NCBI GenBank assembly: GCA_016794545.1
Contig: JAEUJX010000275.1
Span: 571 to 64,570, forward strand
Direction: 5' to 3'
Source: Myxococcales bacterium
Lineage (GTDB): Bacteria; Myxococcota_A; Polyangia; Haliangiales; Haliangiaceae
Length of the DNA stretch: 64,000 nt
Made by a program: the position numbers and the translations under genes. This document shows positions 17,374 to 30,605 of the stretch, one piece after another. The notes beneath the pieces were generated by a model that had not been told where the DNA came from, searched no databases, and saw only the letters and a program-made list of their open reading frames with translations. Position 1 is the stretch's first letter. Every line of letters begins with the position of its first letter.

Positions 17374-18687
17374 GTGAACGGTTTGGTTCGATACGTAGTG
17401 GCAGGGGTTGTCGGGGTGGGTTCGTTGTCTGCGCTGGCGTGTAGCGGCAAGCAGACGCCGCAGACCGCGTGCGCGAAGGACGTGGACTGCCGCGATCCGC
17501 GGATCTGCGAGCGCGGCGTGTGCGTCGACCCGCGGCCGCTCGCGACCGCTCCCGGCAGCGCGGCACCGCCCCCCGGCGGGGCGGCGGATGCGTCGACCGC
17601 GAAGGGGTCGGTGCCCGGATCGCCGCCGTTCGCGATGTTCGGCGGCGATGCGCGCCACACCGGTCGCCGCGGCGGCCCGGCGCCGCTGCGTTCGCCGAAG
17701 GAAGCGTGGAAGGCGTCCGTCGGGGGTCCTGTCGCGGGCTCGCCGACGATCGGACCCGACGGGACGATCTACGTCGCGTCCCACGAGGGTGGGCTCTACG
17801 CGTTCACGCCCGCGGGTGTGCAGAAGTGGCGGTTCGCGATGGGCGACCGGTCGTGGAGCACCCCGGCGGTCGCCGAGGACGGCACGATCTACGTCGGCAG
17901 CGACGACGATCACCTCTACGCGGTGACCAGCGACGGCAAGCAGAAGTGGAAGCTGCGCCTCGGCGCGTGTGACCCGAAGGGCTTCGGCCCCGAGTCGTCG
18001 CGCTGCGATGTCGACGGTGGGCCGACGATCGGCCCCGACGGCACGATCTACGTCGGCGGCGACGGCATCCACGCCGTGTGGCCCGACGGCACCCTCCGCT
18101 GGAAGCTCGCGACGCCGGAGCACGTGGCGTCGACGCCCGCGCTCGGCGCCGACGGCACCGTGTACGCCGGCTGCCAGGACGACGCGCTCTACGCGGTCGG
18201 CGCCGACGGCACCAAGAAGTGGGAGGTCCGGACCGGCGGCGACGTCGACGCGGCTCCGACGATCGCGGCGAACGGGACGATCTACGTCGGCAGCGACGAC
18301 GCCGCGCTGTACGCGATCGATCCGCAGGGCAAGGTCCTGTGGAAGACGCTGACCGGGGACGACATCCGCGGGGGCGCCGCGCTCGGTGCGGACGGGACCA
18401 TCTACGTCGGCAGTCTCGACGGGCGGCTCTACGCGCTGACGCCCGACGGCAAGGTGCGGTGGCGCGTCGCCGCCGCCGACAAGATCGCCGCCACGCCGGG
18501 CGTCGCGACCAACCACATCATCCTCGTCGGCGCCGAGGACGAACATCTCTACGCGATCGGGCCGGACGGCACGCTCCTGTGGCTGCTCGCGCTCGCGGGA
18601 GACGTCGACTCGACGCCCGCGATCGCGCGCGACGGGACCATCTACGTCGCCGGCGACGACGCTCAACTTCACGCTTTTCGTCAGTAA
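17374..18687 (+). CDS. PQQ-like beta-propeller repeat lipoprotein (BamB-like fold)
   Basis: Lipobox LSALAC, then about 8 repeats of the pattern DGTIYVGS.D..LYA..PDG..KW. Confidence 0.75.
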   Translation: MNGLVRYVVAGVVGVGSLSALACSGKQTPQTACAKDVDCRDPRICERGVCVDPRPLATAPGSAAPPPGGAADASTAKGSVPGSPPFAMFGGDARHTGRRGGPAPLRSPKEAWKASVGGPVAGSPTIGPDGTIYVASHEGGLYAFTPAGVQKWRFAMGDRSWSTPAVAEDGTIYVGSDDDHLYAVTSDGKQKWKLRLGACDPKGFGPESSRCDVDGGPTIGPDGTIYVGGDGIHAVWPDGTLRWKLATPEHVASTPALGADGTVYAGCQDDALYAVGADGTKKWEVRTGGDVDAAPTIAANGTIYVGSDDAALYAIDPQGKVLWKTLTGDDIRGGAALGADGTIYVGSLDGRLYALTPDGKVRWRVAAADKIAATPGVATNHIILVGAEDEHLYAIGPDGTLLWLLALAGDVDSTPAIARDGTIYVAGDDAQLHAFRQ

Positions 18688-18699
18688 GGAATCAGTTCA

Positions 18700-21480
<2,781 letters not shown>

Positions 21481-21498
21481 CATGGTCGCGCAGCTGGT

Positions 21499-21951
21499 AT
21501 GCTGCGCACCGTGGCCGAGCTGCGCAACGTCATCGTGTTCACGATCGGCGGCGTGCGCTACGCGCTCGAGCTTCGCTGGGTGCGCGAGGTCGTCAGCCTC
21601 GGGTTCGTGACCGGGGTGCCGACGGCGCCGGCGGCGCTCTCGGGCGTGTGCAACCTGCACGGCACGATCCTGCCGGTGCTCGACGTCGCGGCGCTGCTCG
21701 GTCACCCGCCGGGGGCCGGCGCGCGCCAGGGCGATGGCGCGCTCGTGCTCGAGCTCGAGGGCACCGTGTGTGCCCTGCGTGTCGATCAGATCGACCACGT
21801 CGCTTCGCTCGTCGAGTCGGCGGGCGCGATCGTCGACGCGCGGGGCCGTCCGCTGACGCTGCTCGATCCGGCGGTGCTGGTGCGGCGCGCCACGGAGCTG
21901 ATCACGACGGCGGCGGCGGTGAGCGTGGCCCCCGCGGTCCCGGCGTCATGA
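21499..21951 (+). CDS. cheW: CheW-like coupling protein
   Basis: 150 aa with the CheW pattern (IVFTIGGVRYALEL..V.EV, G..NLHGTILPVLD). The stop overlaps the cheA start (ATGA). Confidence 0.8.
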   Translation: MLRTVAELRNVIVFTIGGVRYALELRWVREVVSLGFVTGVPTAPAALSGVCNLHGTILPVLDVAALLGHPPGAGARQGDGALVLELEGTVCALRVDQIDHVASLVESAGAIVDARGRPLTLLDPAVLVRRATELITTAAAVSVAPAVPAS

Positions 21952-24116
21952 GCGAGGGCGAGCTCGACTTCGACGCGGACGAGCTGGCGATGCTGCGCCA
22001 GCTGTTCAAGGCCGAGGCGCAGGATGCGCTCGAGACCGTCACGACGCGGGTGCTCGCCGGTGGCACCGCGAAGCCGACGCCCGACGCGCTGACCGAGATG
22101 ATGCGCGTGACGCACACCCTGAAGGGCGCGGCGGGCACCGTCGGCCTGAACGCGATGGTCGACCTCTCGCACCGGCTCGAGAGCGCGCTCGCCGCGATCG
22201 GCCGCGAGCCGAGCCCGTGGCGGCCGCACACGGCCGATCTGCTGGTCGAGGTGACCGATGCGCTGCGCGCGTACCTCGAGGTCGCGGGCGAGCCAGGGAG
22301 CGAGACCGCCGTCGAGACGATCCGGGATCAGATCGACCAGATCGTGCGCCCGGAGCGGCGGTCGCAGTCGCTGCCGCCGCCGTTCGTCGAGCCGCCGCCG
22401 GAGACCGTGCTCGAGCCTCCGTCGGATGCGGGTCCGGCCCCCGAACCGAAGGCGTATCTGCGCGTCGAGCCGGAGCGGATCGAAGATCTGATGTCGAGCG
22501 CGGGCGAGCTCCTGTTCGATCGCACGCGCATCGAGCGCCGCGTCCAGCTGCTGCGCACGCTCGCGCGCGACCTCGCGCGCACGCGGCAGAGCCTGCACGA
22601 CACGCTCGACGCTCCGGCGCAGCTCGACCGCACGTCCGTTGCCCACGCCGAGGGCGAGCTCGCGAGCCAGGCCGCGCTGCTGTCCCAGACCACCGCGGCG
22701 CTGCTCGACGAGATCGAGGCGCTGCGCCGCACGATCGGCGAGCTCCAGAAGGGCCTCACGCGGATCCGCATGGAGTCCGCCCGAAACTTGTTCTTGCACG
22801 CCGCTCGCACGCTGCGCGCGCTGCGCCGCGCCACCGGCGTGCACGTCGAGCTGCGCACGCTCGGCGAGGACACCGAGTTCGACAAGGCGGTGGCCGAGCA
22901 GCTCGTCGATCCGATCACGCAGCTGCTCCGCAACGCCGTCGCGCACGGCGTCGAGCCGCCCGAGGAGCGTGCGGCGCGCGGCAAGCCGGCGACCGCGACG
23001 CTGACGATCCGCGCGCGCCAGGACGGCAACCTCCTCGTGCTCGAGGTCTCCGACGACGGCCGCGGCATCGACACGTCTGCGCTGCGCGATCGCCTGGTCG
23101 CCACCGGCCGGTGGAGCCAGACGCGCGCGCAGCTCGCGAACGACTCCGAGATCCTCGATGCGCTGCTCGGCACCGGCGTGTCGAGCCGCGGCGATGCCGA
23201 CGAGCTCGCGGGCCGTGGCATCGGTATCGGCCTCGTGCGCGAGACCGTGTCGAAGCTGGGCGGCGAGGTCAAGGTCTCGTCGGTGCAGGGCAGGGGCACG
23301 ACGTTCTCGCTCCGGCTGCCGCTGTCGACGGCGCTCGCGCAGGCGATGCTGTTCAAGGTCGGCGGGCAGGTCTACGCGATCCCGAACGTGCACGTCGTCG
23401 ACACGATCACGGTCGAGCCCGCGGCGACGGTCGCGCAGGTGCGGCACGAGCAGGTGCCCGTGCTACGCCTCGAGAACCTCCTCGGCTCGACGACCGGCCT
23501 CGACCGCCGGCCCGGCGTGGTGGTGTCGTTCGCCGGCAAGAGCCTCGTGTGCTCCGTCGACAAGCTCGTCGGTCCGCGCGAGATCATCATCAAGCCGCTC
23601 GGCCCCTTGCTCGCGCCGCTCCAGCTCTACGCGGGCGCGACGATCAGCGGCAGCGGCAAGGTGCAGCTGATCCTCGATCCGGCGCAGCTCGTGCGCCGCG
23701 CGTACCCCGACGCGCCGAGCGAGGTGATGTCCGCCGGCGATTCGGCGCCGGTCGTGCTCGCCGGCCGCGCGCTCGTCGTCGACGATTCGCGCGCGATCCG
23801 CGAGGCGATGACCAGCATGCTCGGGCGCGAGGGCTGGATCGTCGACGTCGCCGAGGACGGGGCCCGCGCGCTCCAGATGACCCGCCAGCTCCGCTACGAC
23901 CTCGTGGTCACCGACCTCGAGATGCCGGAGCTCGGCGGGTTCGATCTGATCGCGCGCCTGCGCAAGGACGAGCGGTTCGCATCGACGCCGATCGTGATCA
24001 TCACGTCGCGCGCGAACCCCGAGCACCGGCGGCGCGCCCGCGATCTGGGCGTCCTCGCGCTCGTCGCCAAGCCGATCACGCGCCGCAAGCTGCTCGAGGC
24101 GCTCGCGGCGCGCTGA
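21948..24116 (+). CDS. cheA: hybrid CheA histidine kinase with C-terminal receiver (CheA-REC)
   Basis: 722 aa from ATG 21948. Domains: HPt (MRVTHTLKGAAG), HATPase (NAVAHGVE, DDGRGID, GRGIGIGL), a CheW-like P5 domain, and a REC domain (VVDDS...DLVVTDLEMPE...KP). Confidence 0.85.
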   Translation: MSEGELDFDADELAMLRQLFKAEAQDALETVTTRVLAGGTAKPTPDALTEMMRVTHTLKGAAGTVGLNAMVDLSHRLESALAAIGREPSPWRPHTADLLVEVTDALRAYLEVAGEPGSETAVETIRDQIDQIVRPERRSQSLPPPFVEPPPETVLEPPSDAGPAPEPKAYLRVEPERIEDLMSSAGELLFDRTRIERRVQLLRTLARDLARTRQSLHDTLDAPAQLDRTSVAHAEGELASQAALLSQTTAALLDEIEALRRTIGELQKGLTRIRMESARNLFLHAARTLRALRRATGVHVELRTLGEDTEFDKAVAEQLVDPITQLLRNAVAHGVEPPEERAARGKPATATLTIRARQDGNLLVLEVSDDGRGIDTSALRDRLVATGRWSQTRAQLANDSEILDALLGTGVSSRGDADELAGRGIGIGLVRETVSKLGGEVKVSSVQGRGTTFSLRLPLSTALAQAMLFKVGGQVYAIPNVHVVDTITVEPAATVAQVRHEQVPVLRLENLLGSTTGLDRRPGVVVSFAGKSLVCSVDKLVGPREIIIKPLGPLLAPLQLYAGATISGSGKVQLILDPAQLVRRAYPDAPSEVMSAGDSAPVVLAGRALVVDDSRAIREAMTSMLGREGWIVDVAEDGARALQMTRQLRYDLVVTDLEMPELGGFDLIARLRKDERFASTPIVIITSRANPEHRRRARDLGVLALVAKPITRRKLLEALAAR

Positions 24117-24123
24117 CGCGCGG

Positions 24124-27100
24124 CTACGGCGGTGCCGTGCCGAACGTCTGCGCGGCGACGCCCCAGTCGGCCTTGGCATCGGTGTCGACCGACGTGAGGC
24201 GCTGCACCGACGGGGACCCCGGCGTCCCGCCGGTGACCGTGCTCCAGTCGACGGAGACGTCGTTCGCGGTCGGCGGGGAGAGCGGATCGTCGGTGCAGGG
24301 CGTGGCTCCGCAGCTCGGGGTCCACTCTCCCGCGGTGATCAGCGTCTGGAGCTGGCCGAGGAAGGTCATCGACGAACCGATGATGTTGGTGAACGCCGCG
24401 GCATCCTGGTAGCCCCCACCGGGGGCGAAGACCGACAGCGTCACCCGCGTGGAGGCGATGCCGGCCGCCCCGCCACGGACGTCCCACGCTCCGCCGTAGC
24501 ACGTACTATCGGTGCAGTCGGAGGGCGTGACGAGCTCCGTGGTCGTGGTGGCGTCCGGGGTCAGGTGAACGACGACGACCTGGCCCGCGCTGACCGTGAC
24601 GTCGGGGAGCGTGGCGCGCAGCGTGGTGCCCTCGCGGATCGTGATGTCGCGCATCGTGCCGCCGGCCACCACCACGAGCTCGATGAGGTCGCGGCTGCTG
24701 GTCTGCGCCGGCGCGACCTCGGTGAGCAGGAGGATCGCGATCAGATCGCACGCGGTGTCGGCGCCCGCGGGATCGTCGCCGGCGACGTTGCCCTGACCGG
24801 CGGGGCACGCGACGCAGCTGTTCGCCACCACGTGCTCGTTGGCCGCGCACGGTCCGGGGTTGAAGATGCCGAACGTTCCGGGGGCGACCTCCCAGTCGGC
24901 CTTCGTGTTGGTGTCGACCGTCGAGCCGCGCTGCACCGAGGCAGAGCCGGGCGCGGTCCCGAGGCCTCTCCAGTCGACCGAGACCCCGTTCGCGCTCGGC
25001 GTGGTCGTCGTGTCATCGCAGCGGACGCCGCCGCAGTCGAACGGCAGCCACTGGCCCGCGGCCTGCACCACCGCGAGCTCGTCGGGGTAGGCCCCCGGCG
25101 TGTTTCCGGCGTTGAAGTTGCTGAACGCCGCGGCGTCCTGCGTGTTGCCGACGGCATCCGCGACCGAGAGCACCTTGCGCGAGTAGGTGATGCCGGTCGT
25201 GCCGCCGTTGACGTCCCAGGCTCCGGCGTAACACGTGGAATCGGCGCAGCTGGTCTGCGTGGCCAGCTCGGTCGTCGCTCCGACCACCGGGTTCAGGTGA
25301 ACGACGACGAGCTGACCGGCGCTGACCATCACGTCGGGGAGGGTGGCGAGCACGACGCCGTCCTCCCGGAGCGTGAGGTCGCGCATGGTGCCGCCCGCGA
25401 CCACGACCAGCTCGACCAGGTCGCGACTGCTGGTCTGGGCCGGCGCGACCTCCGAGATCCGCAGGATCGCCGACACATCACACGTGGTGTCCCCGCCCGC
25501 CGGGTTGTCGCCGGGGAGGTTGCTCTGACCGGCGGGACACGCGACACAGCCGTTCGCGACCACCCGCTCGTTGGCCAGACACGGCCCGGGGTTGAAGACG
25601 CCGAGCGTGCCCGGCACGACACCCCAGTCGGCCTTCGCGTCGGTGTCGATCAGGGACCTGCGCTGGACCGAGGCGGCGCCGGGCACGGTGCCGGCGCCCC
25701 TCCAGTCGGCCGATACGTCGTTCGCGCTCGGCGTGGACGCGTCGGTGCACAGCGTCACGCCGCACGTGGAGGGCTGCCACGCGCCGGCGAGCTGGACATC
25801 CTGGAGCTCGCCGGCATACGCCGCCGGCGACGTGCCGAGGTCACTGAACGCCGCGGCATCCTGGATCCGCCGGTACGAGTCGACGACGGCGATCACGTGG
25901 CGCGTGTACGTGATGCCCGTGGCACCGCCGGCGACGTCCCAGGCTCCGCCGTAACACGCGGCATCGGTGCACGCGGCCGGCGAGGTCAGCTCCGTGGTCA
26001 CGCCGGGACCGGGGGTCAGGTGCACGACGACGATCGCTCCCGCGCTGACCGTGATGTCGGGGAGCGTGGCGAGCGGGATGCCGGCCTGGTCGATCGTGAA
26101 GCTGCGGATCGTGCCGCCGGTGAGCGCCACCAGCTCGACGAAGTCGCGGCCGCCGCTCTGGTTGGGCGCGACCTCGGTGAGTCGCAGCACCGCGTCCACG
26201 TCGCACGCGGTGTCCGGCCCGCTCGGAGCGTCGCCCGCGGCGTTGCTCTCGCCCGTCGGACACGGGACACAGGTGTTCGCGTCCACGCGCTCGTTGAGCC
26301 CGCACAGCCCGGGATTCGCGACGCCGATCGTCCCGGGCAGCACCCTCCAGTCCACCTTCGTGTCGGTGTCGATGCTGGAGTCGCGCTGCACCGACGCGTT
26401 CCCCGGCCCGGTGCCGGCGCCTCTCCAGTCGACCGACACGTCGTTCGCGCTCGGGCTCGTCGCGTCGGTGCACGGCGCACCGCCGCAGCTCGGGGGCAGC
26501 CAGTCGCCGGAGGTCTGCACCGCCTGGACCTGCGCGGGGTACGTGCTCGGCGAGGTGCCGAGGTCGCTGAACGCCGCGACGTCCTGGTTGTCTCCGTACG
26601 GATCGACGACCGCGAGCACGCGCCGCGAGTACGTGATCGCGGTGGTGCCGGCGTTGACGTCCCAGGCTCCTACGTAGCAGGCCGCGTCGGCACACGCGGT
26701 CTGGGTGGTCAGCTCCGTCGTCACGCCGGTCGGCGGATTGAAGTGGACGACGACGAGATCGCCGGTGTTGACGACGAGCTCGGGGAGCACGGTGAGCGGG
26801 ACACCGTCCTGCGCGATCGCGATGCCGCCGAGCGTGCCGTTCGCGAGGACCTGGAGCTCGACGAGGTCGCGGCCTCCGGTCTGGTTCGGTGACACCTCCG
26901 AGAGCCGGAGGATCGCGAACGGCGCGCACGCGGTGTCGGGGCCGGTCGCGTCGTCGCCCGAGGCGTTGCTCTCGCCCGCGGGACACGCGACGCAGGCGTT
27001 CAGCTGCACGCGCTCGTTGACGCCGCACAGGATGACATCGCACGCGGTGTCGGCTCCCGAGGCGTCGTCGCCGGCGGTGTTCGTGGTGCCCGGGCCGCAT

Positions 27101-28488
27101 GCGACGCAGGCGTTGCCGACCACGTGCTGGTCGACGGCGCACAGCGTGGCATCGCACGTGGTGTCGGGGCCCGCGGCATTGTCGCCGGCGGCGTTCGTGG
27201 TACCCGCCGGGCACGCGACGCACGCGTTGCTCGCGACGCGCTGGTTCGCGGGACACAGGGTGGCGTCGCACGTGGTGTTCGCCCCCGACGCGTCGTCACC
27301 GGCGGCGTTCGTCGTTCCCGCCGGGCACGTCACGCACGCGTTCGCGACGACGTGCTGGTTCGCGGGACACAGCGTGGCATCGCACGTGGTGTTCGCCCCG
27401 GTCGCGTCGTCGCCGGCGGCGTTCGTCGAGCCGGGCGGGCAGGCGACACAGGCGTTCGCGAGGACGCGCTGGTCGGTGGCACACAGCGTGGCATCGCACG
27501 AGGTGTTCGCGCCGGAGGCGTCGTCACCGGCGGCGTTCGTCGAGCCGGGCGGGCAGGCGACGCAGGCGTTCGCGAGCACGCGTTGATCCGCCGCGCACAG
27601 CCAGGGCTCGCACGTCGTGTCCGCGCCCGAGGCGTCGTCGCCGGCGGCGTTGGTGGTGCCCGGCGGGCACGCGACGCAGGCGTTGCCGACCACCCGCTGA
27701 TCGAGCGCGCACAGGACGGCATCGCAGGTGGTGTCGGCGCCGGTCGCATCGTCGCCGGCGGCGTTCGCGGTGCCCGGCGCGCAGGCGACGCAGGCGTTCG
27801 CGACCACGCGCTGGTTCGCGGGGCACAGCGTCGGATCGCAGGTGGTGTCGGGGCCCGACGCGTTGTCGCCGGCGGCGTTCGTGGAGCCCGGCGCGCAGGC
27901 GACGCAGGCGTTCGCGACCACGCGCTGGTTCGCGGGGCACAGCGTGGGATCGCACGCGGTGTCCGCGCCGCTCGCGTCGTCACCGGCGGCATTCGTGGAG
28001 CCCGCTCCGCAGGCGACGCAGGCGTGCGCCGCGACGCGCTGGTTCAGGGCGCACAGGGTGGCGTCGCACGTGGTGTCCGTGCCGGCGGCGTCGTCACCCG
28101 CGGCATTCGTGGAGCCCGCAGGACACGCGACGCACGCGTGCGCGGCGACGCGCTGATCCGCACCACACACGGTGCCGTCGCACGTCGTGTCGGCGCCCGA
28201 GGCGTCGTCGCCGGCCGCGTTCGTCGAGCCCGGTGCGCACGCGGCGCAGGCGTGCGCGACGACGTGCTGGTCGAGTGCGCACTTCACCGCGTCGCAGCTG
28301 GTGTCGGCACCGCCGGGGTCGTCGCCGGCCGCGTTCGTGGTGCCGGCCGCGCACGGTACGCAGGCTCCCCCCTGCACGCGCTGGTCGGCGCGGCACGGCT
28401 CGAGCGGGGTGGTCCCGCCATCGTCGCCGCAGGCCGCGACCGACAAACCGAGTGACACCATCACACCCAGGACACGGCCAACGCGCAT
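24124..28488 (-). CDS. giant repeat lipoprotein: 16 Myxococcus-type Cys-rich repeats + 4 lamin-tail-domain-like modules
   Basis: Lipobox LGLSVAAC. Residues 32-525 are 13 tandem 38-aa repeats (C..NQRV.ANACVACP.G.TNAAGDDASG.DTTCD). They are followed by four ~241-aa modules, each starting (I/V)L(R/L)(L/I)(S/T)EV(A/S)P.Q...RD.(V/I)EL, and the junctions between successive modules each carry one more Cys repeat (three in all). Confidence 0.8.
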   Translation of the reverse strand: MRVGRVLGVMVSLGLSVAACGDDGGTTPLEPCRADQRVQGGACVPCAAGTTNAAGDDPGGADTSCDAVKCALDQHVVAHACAACAPGSTNAAGDDASGADTTCDGTVCGADQRVAAHACVACPAGSTNAAGDDAAGTDTTCDATLCALNQRVAAHACVACGAGSTNAAGDDASGADTACDPTLCPANQRVVANACVACAPGSTNAAGDNASGPDTTCDPTLCPANQRVVANACVACAPGTANAAGDDATGADTTCDAVLCALDQRVVGNACVACPPGTTNAAGDDASGADTTCEPWLCAADQRVLANACVACPPGSTNAAGDDASGANTSCDATLCATDQRVLANACVACPPGSTNAAGDDATGANTTCDATLCPANQHVVANACVTCPAGTTNAAGDDASGANTTCDATLCPANQRVASNACVACPAGTTNAAGDNAAGPDTTCDATLCAVDQHVVGNACVACGPGTTNTAGDDASGADTACDVILCGVNERVQLNACVACPAGESNASGDDATGPDTACAPFAILRLSEVSPNQTGGRDLVELQVLANGTLGGIAIAQDGVPLTVLPELVVNTGDLVVVHFNPPTGVTTELTTQTACADAACYVGAWDVNAGTTAITYSRRVLAVVDPYGDNQDVAAFSDLGTSPSTYPAQVQAVQTSGDWLPPSCGGAPCTDATSPSANDVSVDWRGAGTGPGNASVQRDSSIDTDTKVDWRVLPGTIGVANPGLCGLNERVDANTCVPCPTGESNAAGDAPSGPDTACDVDAVLRLTEVAPNQSGGRDFVELVALTGGTIRSFTIDQAGIPLATLPDITVSAGAIVVVHLTPGPGVTTELTSPAACTDAACYGGAWDVAGGATGITYTRHVIAVVDSYRRIQDAAAFSDLGTSPAAYAGELQDVQLAGAWQPSTCGVTLCTDASTPSANDVSADWRGAGTVPGAASVQRRSLIDTDAKADWGVVPGTLGVFNPGPCLANERVVANGCVACPAGQSNLPGDNPAGGDTTCDVSAILRISEVAPAQTSSRDLVELVVVAGGTMRDLTLREDGVVLATLPDVMVSAGQLVVVHLNPVVGATTELATQTSCADSTCYAGAWDVNGGTTGITYSRKVLSVADAVGNTQDAAAFSNFNAGNTPGAYPDELAVVQAAGQWLPFDCGGVRCDDTTTTPSANGVSVDWRGLGTAPGSASVQRGSTVDTNTKADWEVAPGTFGIFNPGPCAANEHVVANSCVACPAGQGNVAGDDPAGADTACDLIAILLLTEVAPAQTSSRDLIELVVVAGGTMRDITIREGTTLRATLPDVTVSAGQVVVVHLTPDATTTTELVTPSDCTDSTCYGGAWDVRGGAAGIASTRVTLSVFAPGGGYQDAAAFTNIIGSSMTFLGQLQTLITAGEWTPSCGATPCTDDPLSPPTANDVSVDWSTVTGGTPGSPSVQRLTSVDTDAKADWGVAAQTFGTAPP
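24127..26913. repeat. four ~725-bp coding repeats (LTD-like module + one Cys repeat)
   Basis: Protein period is 241/240/244 aa, with module starts at residues 526, 767, 1007 and 1251. The copies have diverged but align throughout. Confidence 0.75.
26914..28395. repeat. 13 tandem ~114-bp coding repeats
   Basis: DNA encoding the 38-aa Cys-rich units. The copies are strongly similar at nucleotide level, as seen in the recurring gcgttcgcgaccacgcgctggttcgcggggcacagcg-type strings. Confidence 0.85.
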
Positions 28489-28569
28489 GCACCGATGCTC
28501 TCAGCCCCGGGCGCGCGCTGACAAGGCGAACGGGGCCCCACCGGACGCAGAGCTCGCGCTCCGGGACGG

Positions 28570-29778
<1,209 letters not shown>

Positions 29779-29907
29779 CCAGCTCCAATTCTTACATGTT
29801 CCGAGGGCCTGGCAATAGGGGTGAGGGCGGCTCGGGGGTGCGACCGTGAAGTACACGTTACGAACGGCTTGACCCGGGAGCGCGGCGCAGCGCATCACTG
29901 GCCTGGC

Positions 29908-30588
29908 GTGCGTGCCGTCGTGATCTGTGGCGACCCCGACACCGCCCTGGAGCCGGGATCGGTTTCCGCGATTCTCGCGGAGCTGGGGTGCCGGGTCACC
30001 CTCGGGCGGTTCGACCTCGGTGGCCTCGATCTCGACGAGCTGGCGGACAAGCCACCGGCGGTCGTGGTGGTCGAGGCGGGCGACGACGTGCCGCGCGCGC
30101 AGAAGACCATCAAGCGCCTGCGCGACGAGGGTCCTCTGATCGAGGTGCCGATCCTGCTCGCGGTGACGGTGGCGCGGCTGCCGTCACTGGACTTCTCGAT
30201 CGGCTTCGACGACTTCGTCCTGATGCCGCTCGTGCCGGCCGAGCTCTACGGGCGGATGCGGCAGCTCGACTGGAAGACGGCGACGTTCGGCTCCGACGAG
30301 GTGCTGAAGATCGATGACCTCGTGATCGACATCGCCGGCTACGAGGTCCGGATCGCCGGCCGTCGCATCGAGCTCACGCACCAGGAGTTCGAGCTCCTGC
30401 GGTTCCTCGCGCAGCACCGCGGCCGCGTGTTCACGCGCGAGGCGCTGCTCGAGCGCGCGTGGGGCTATCGCTACGCCGGTGGCACGCGCACGGTCGACAT
30501 CCACGTGCGCCGGGTGCGCTCGAAGCTCGGCGACATGGGGTCCGTGATCGAGACCGTCCGTAACGTCGGCTACAAGATGCGGGGTTAG
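29908..30588 (+). CDS. OmpR/PhoB-family winged-helix regulator with degenerate receiver domain
   Basis: The C-terminus is a typical trans_reg_C domain ([32 protein letters not shown]...[14 protein letters not shown]...VRNVGYKM). The N-terminal ~115 aa are REC-like, but the acidic pocket and phospho-acceptor positions are not recognisable (VVVVEAGDD). The GTG start at 29908 is tentative. Confidence 0.65.
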   Translation: MRAVVICGDPDTALEPGSVSAILAELGCRVTLGRFDLGGLDLDELADKPPAVVVVEAGDDVPRAQKTIKRLRDEGPLIEVPILLAVTVARLPSLDFSIGFDDFVLMPLVPAELYGRMRQLDWKTATFGSDEVLKIDDLVIDIAGYEVRIAGRRIELTHQEFELLRFLAQHRGRVFTREALLERAWGYRYAGGTRTVDIHVRRVRSKLGDMGSVIETVRNVGYKMRG

Positions 30589-30605
30589 GGTAGAGTCAAG
30601 AGACC

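Noticed and set aside
16960-18672. The upstream 570 codons of listed ORF 15691..18672(-).
   Set aside because: This stretch is antisense to the well-supported PQQ beta-propeller gene. The DsbA-like product begins cleanly at ATG 16959 with the family's N-terminal FDFSCPYAY motif.
26914-28395. A regular ~114-bp tandem repeat array, considered as a possible CRISPR or satellite.
   Set aside because: The units are contiguous with no unique spacers. They are in frame and encode a conserved four-Cys protein repeat inside a single long ORF.
29779-29907. A TTGACC...CATCAC sigma-70-like promoter upstream of the OmpR-type regulator.
   Set aside because: The -10 element is poor and the spacing is 18 nt. 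It would also imply a nearly leaderless transcript, and the evidence is insufficient.
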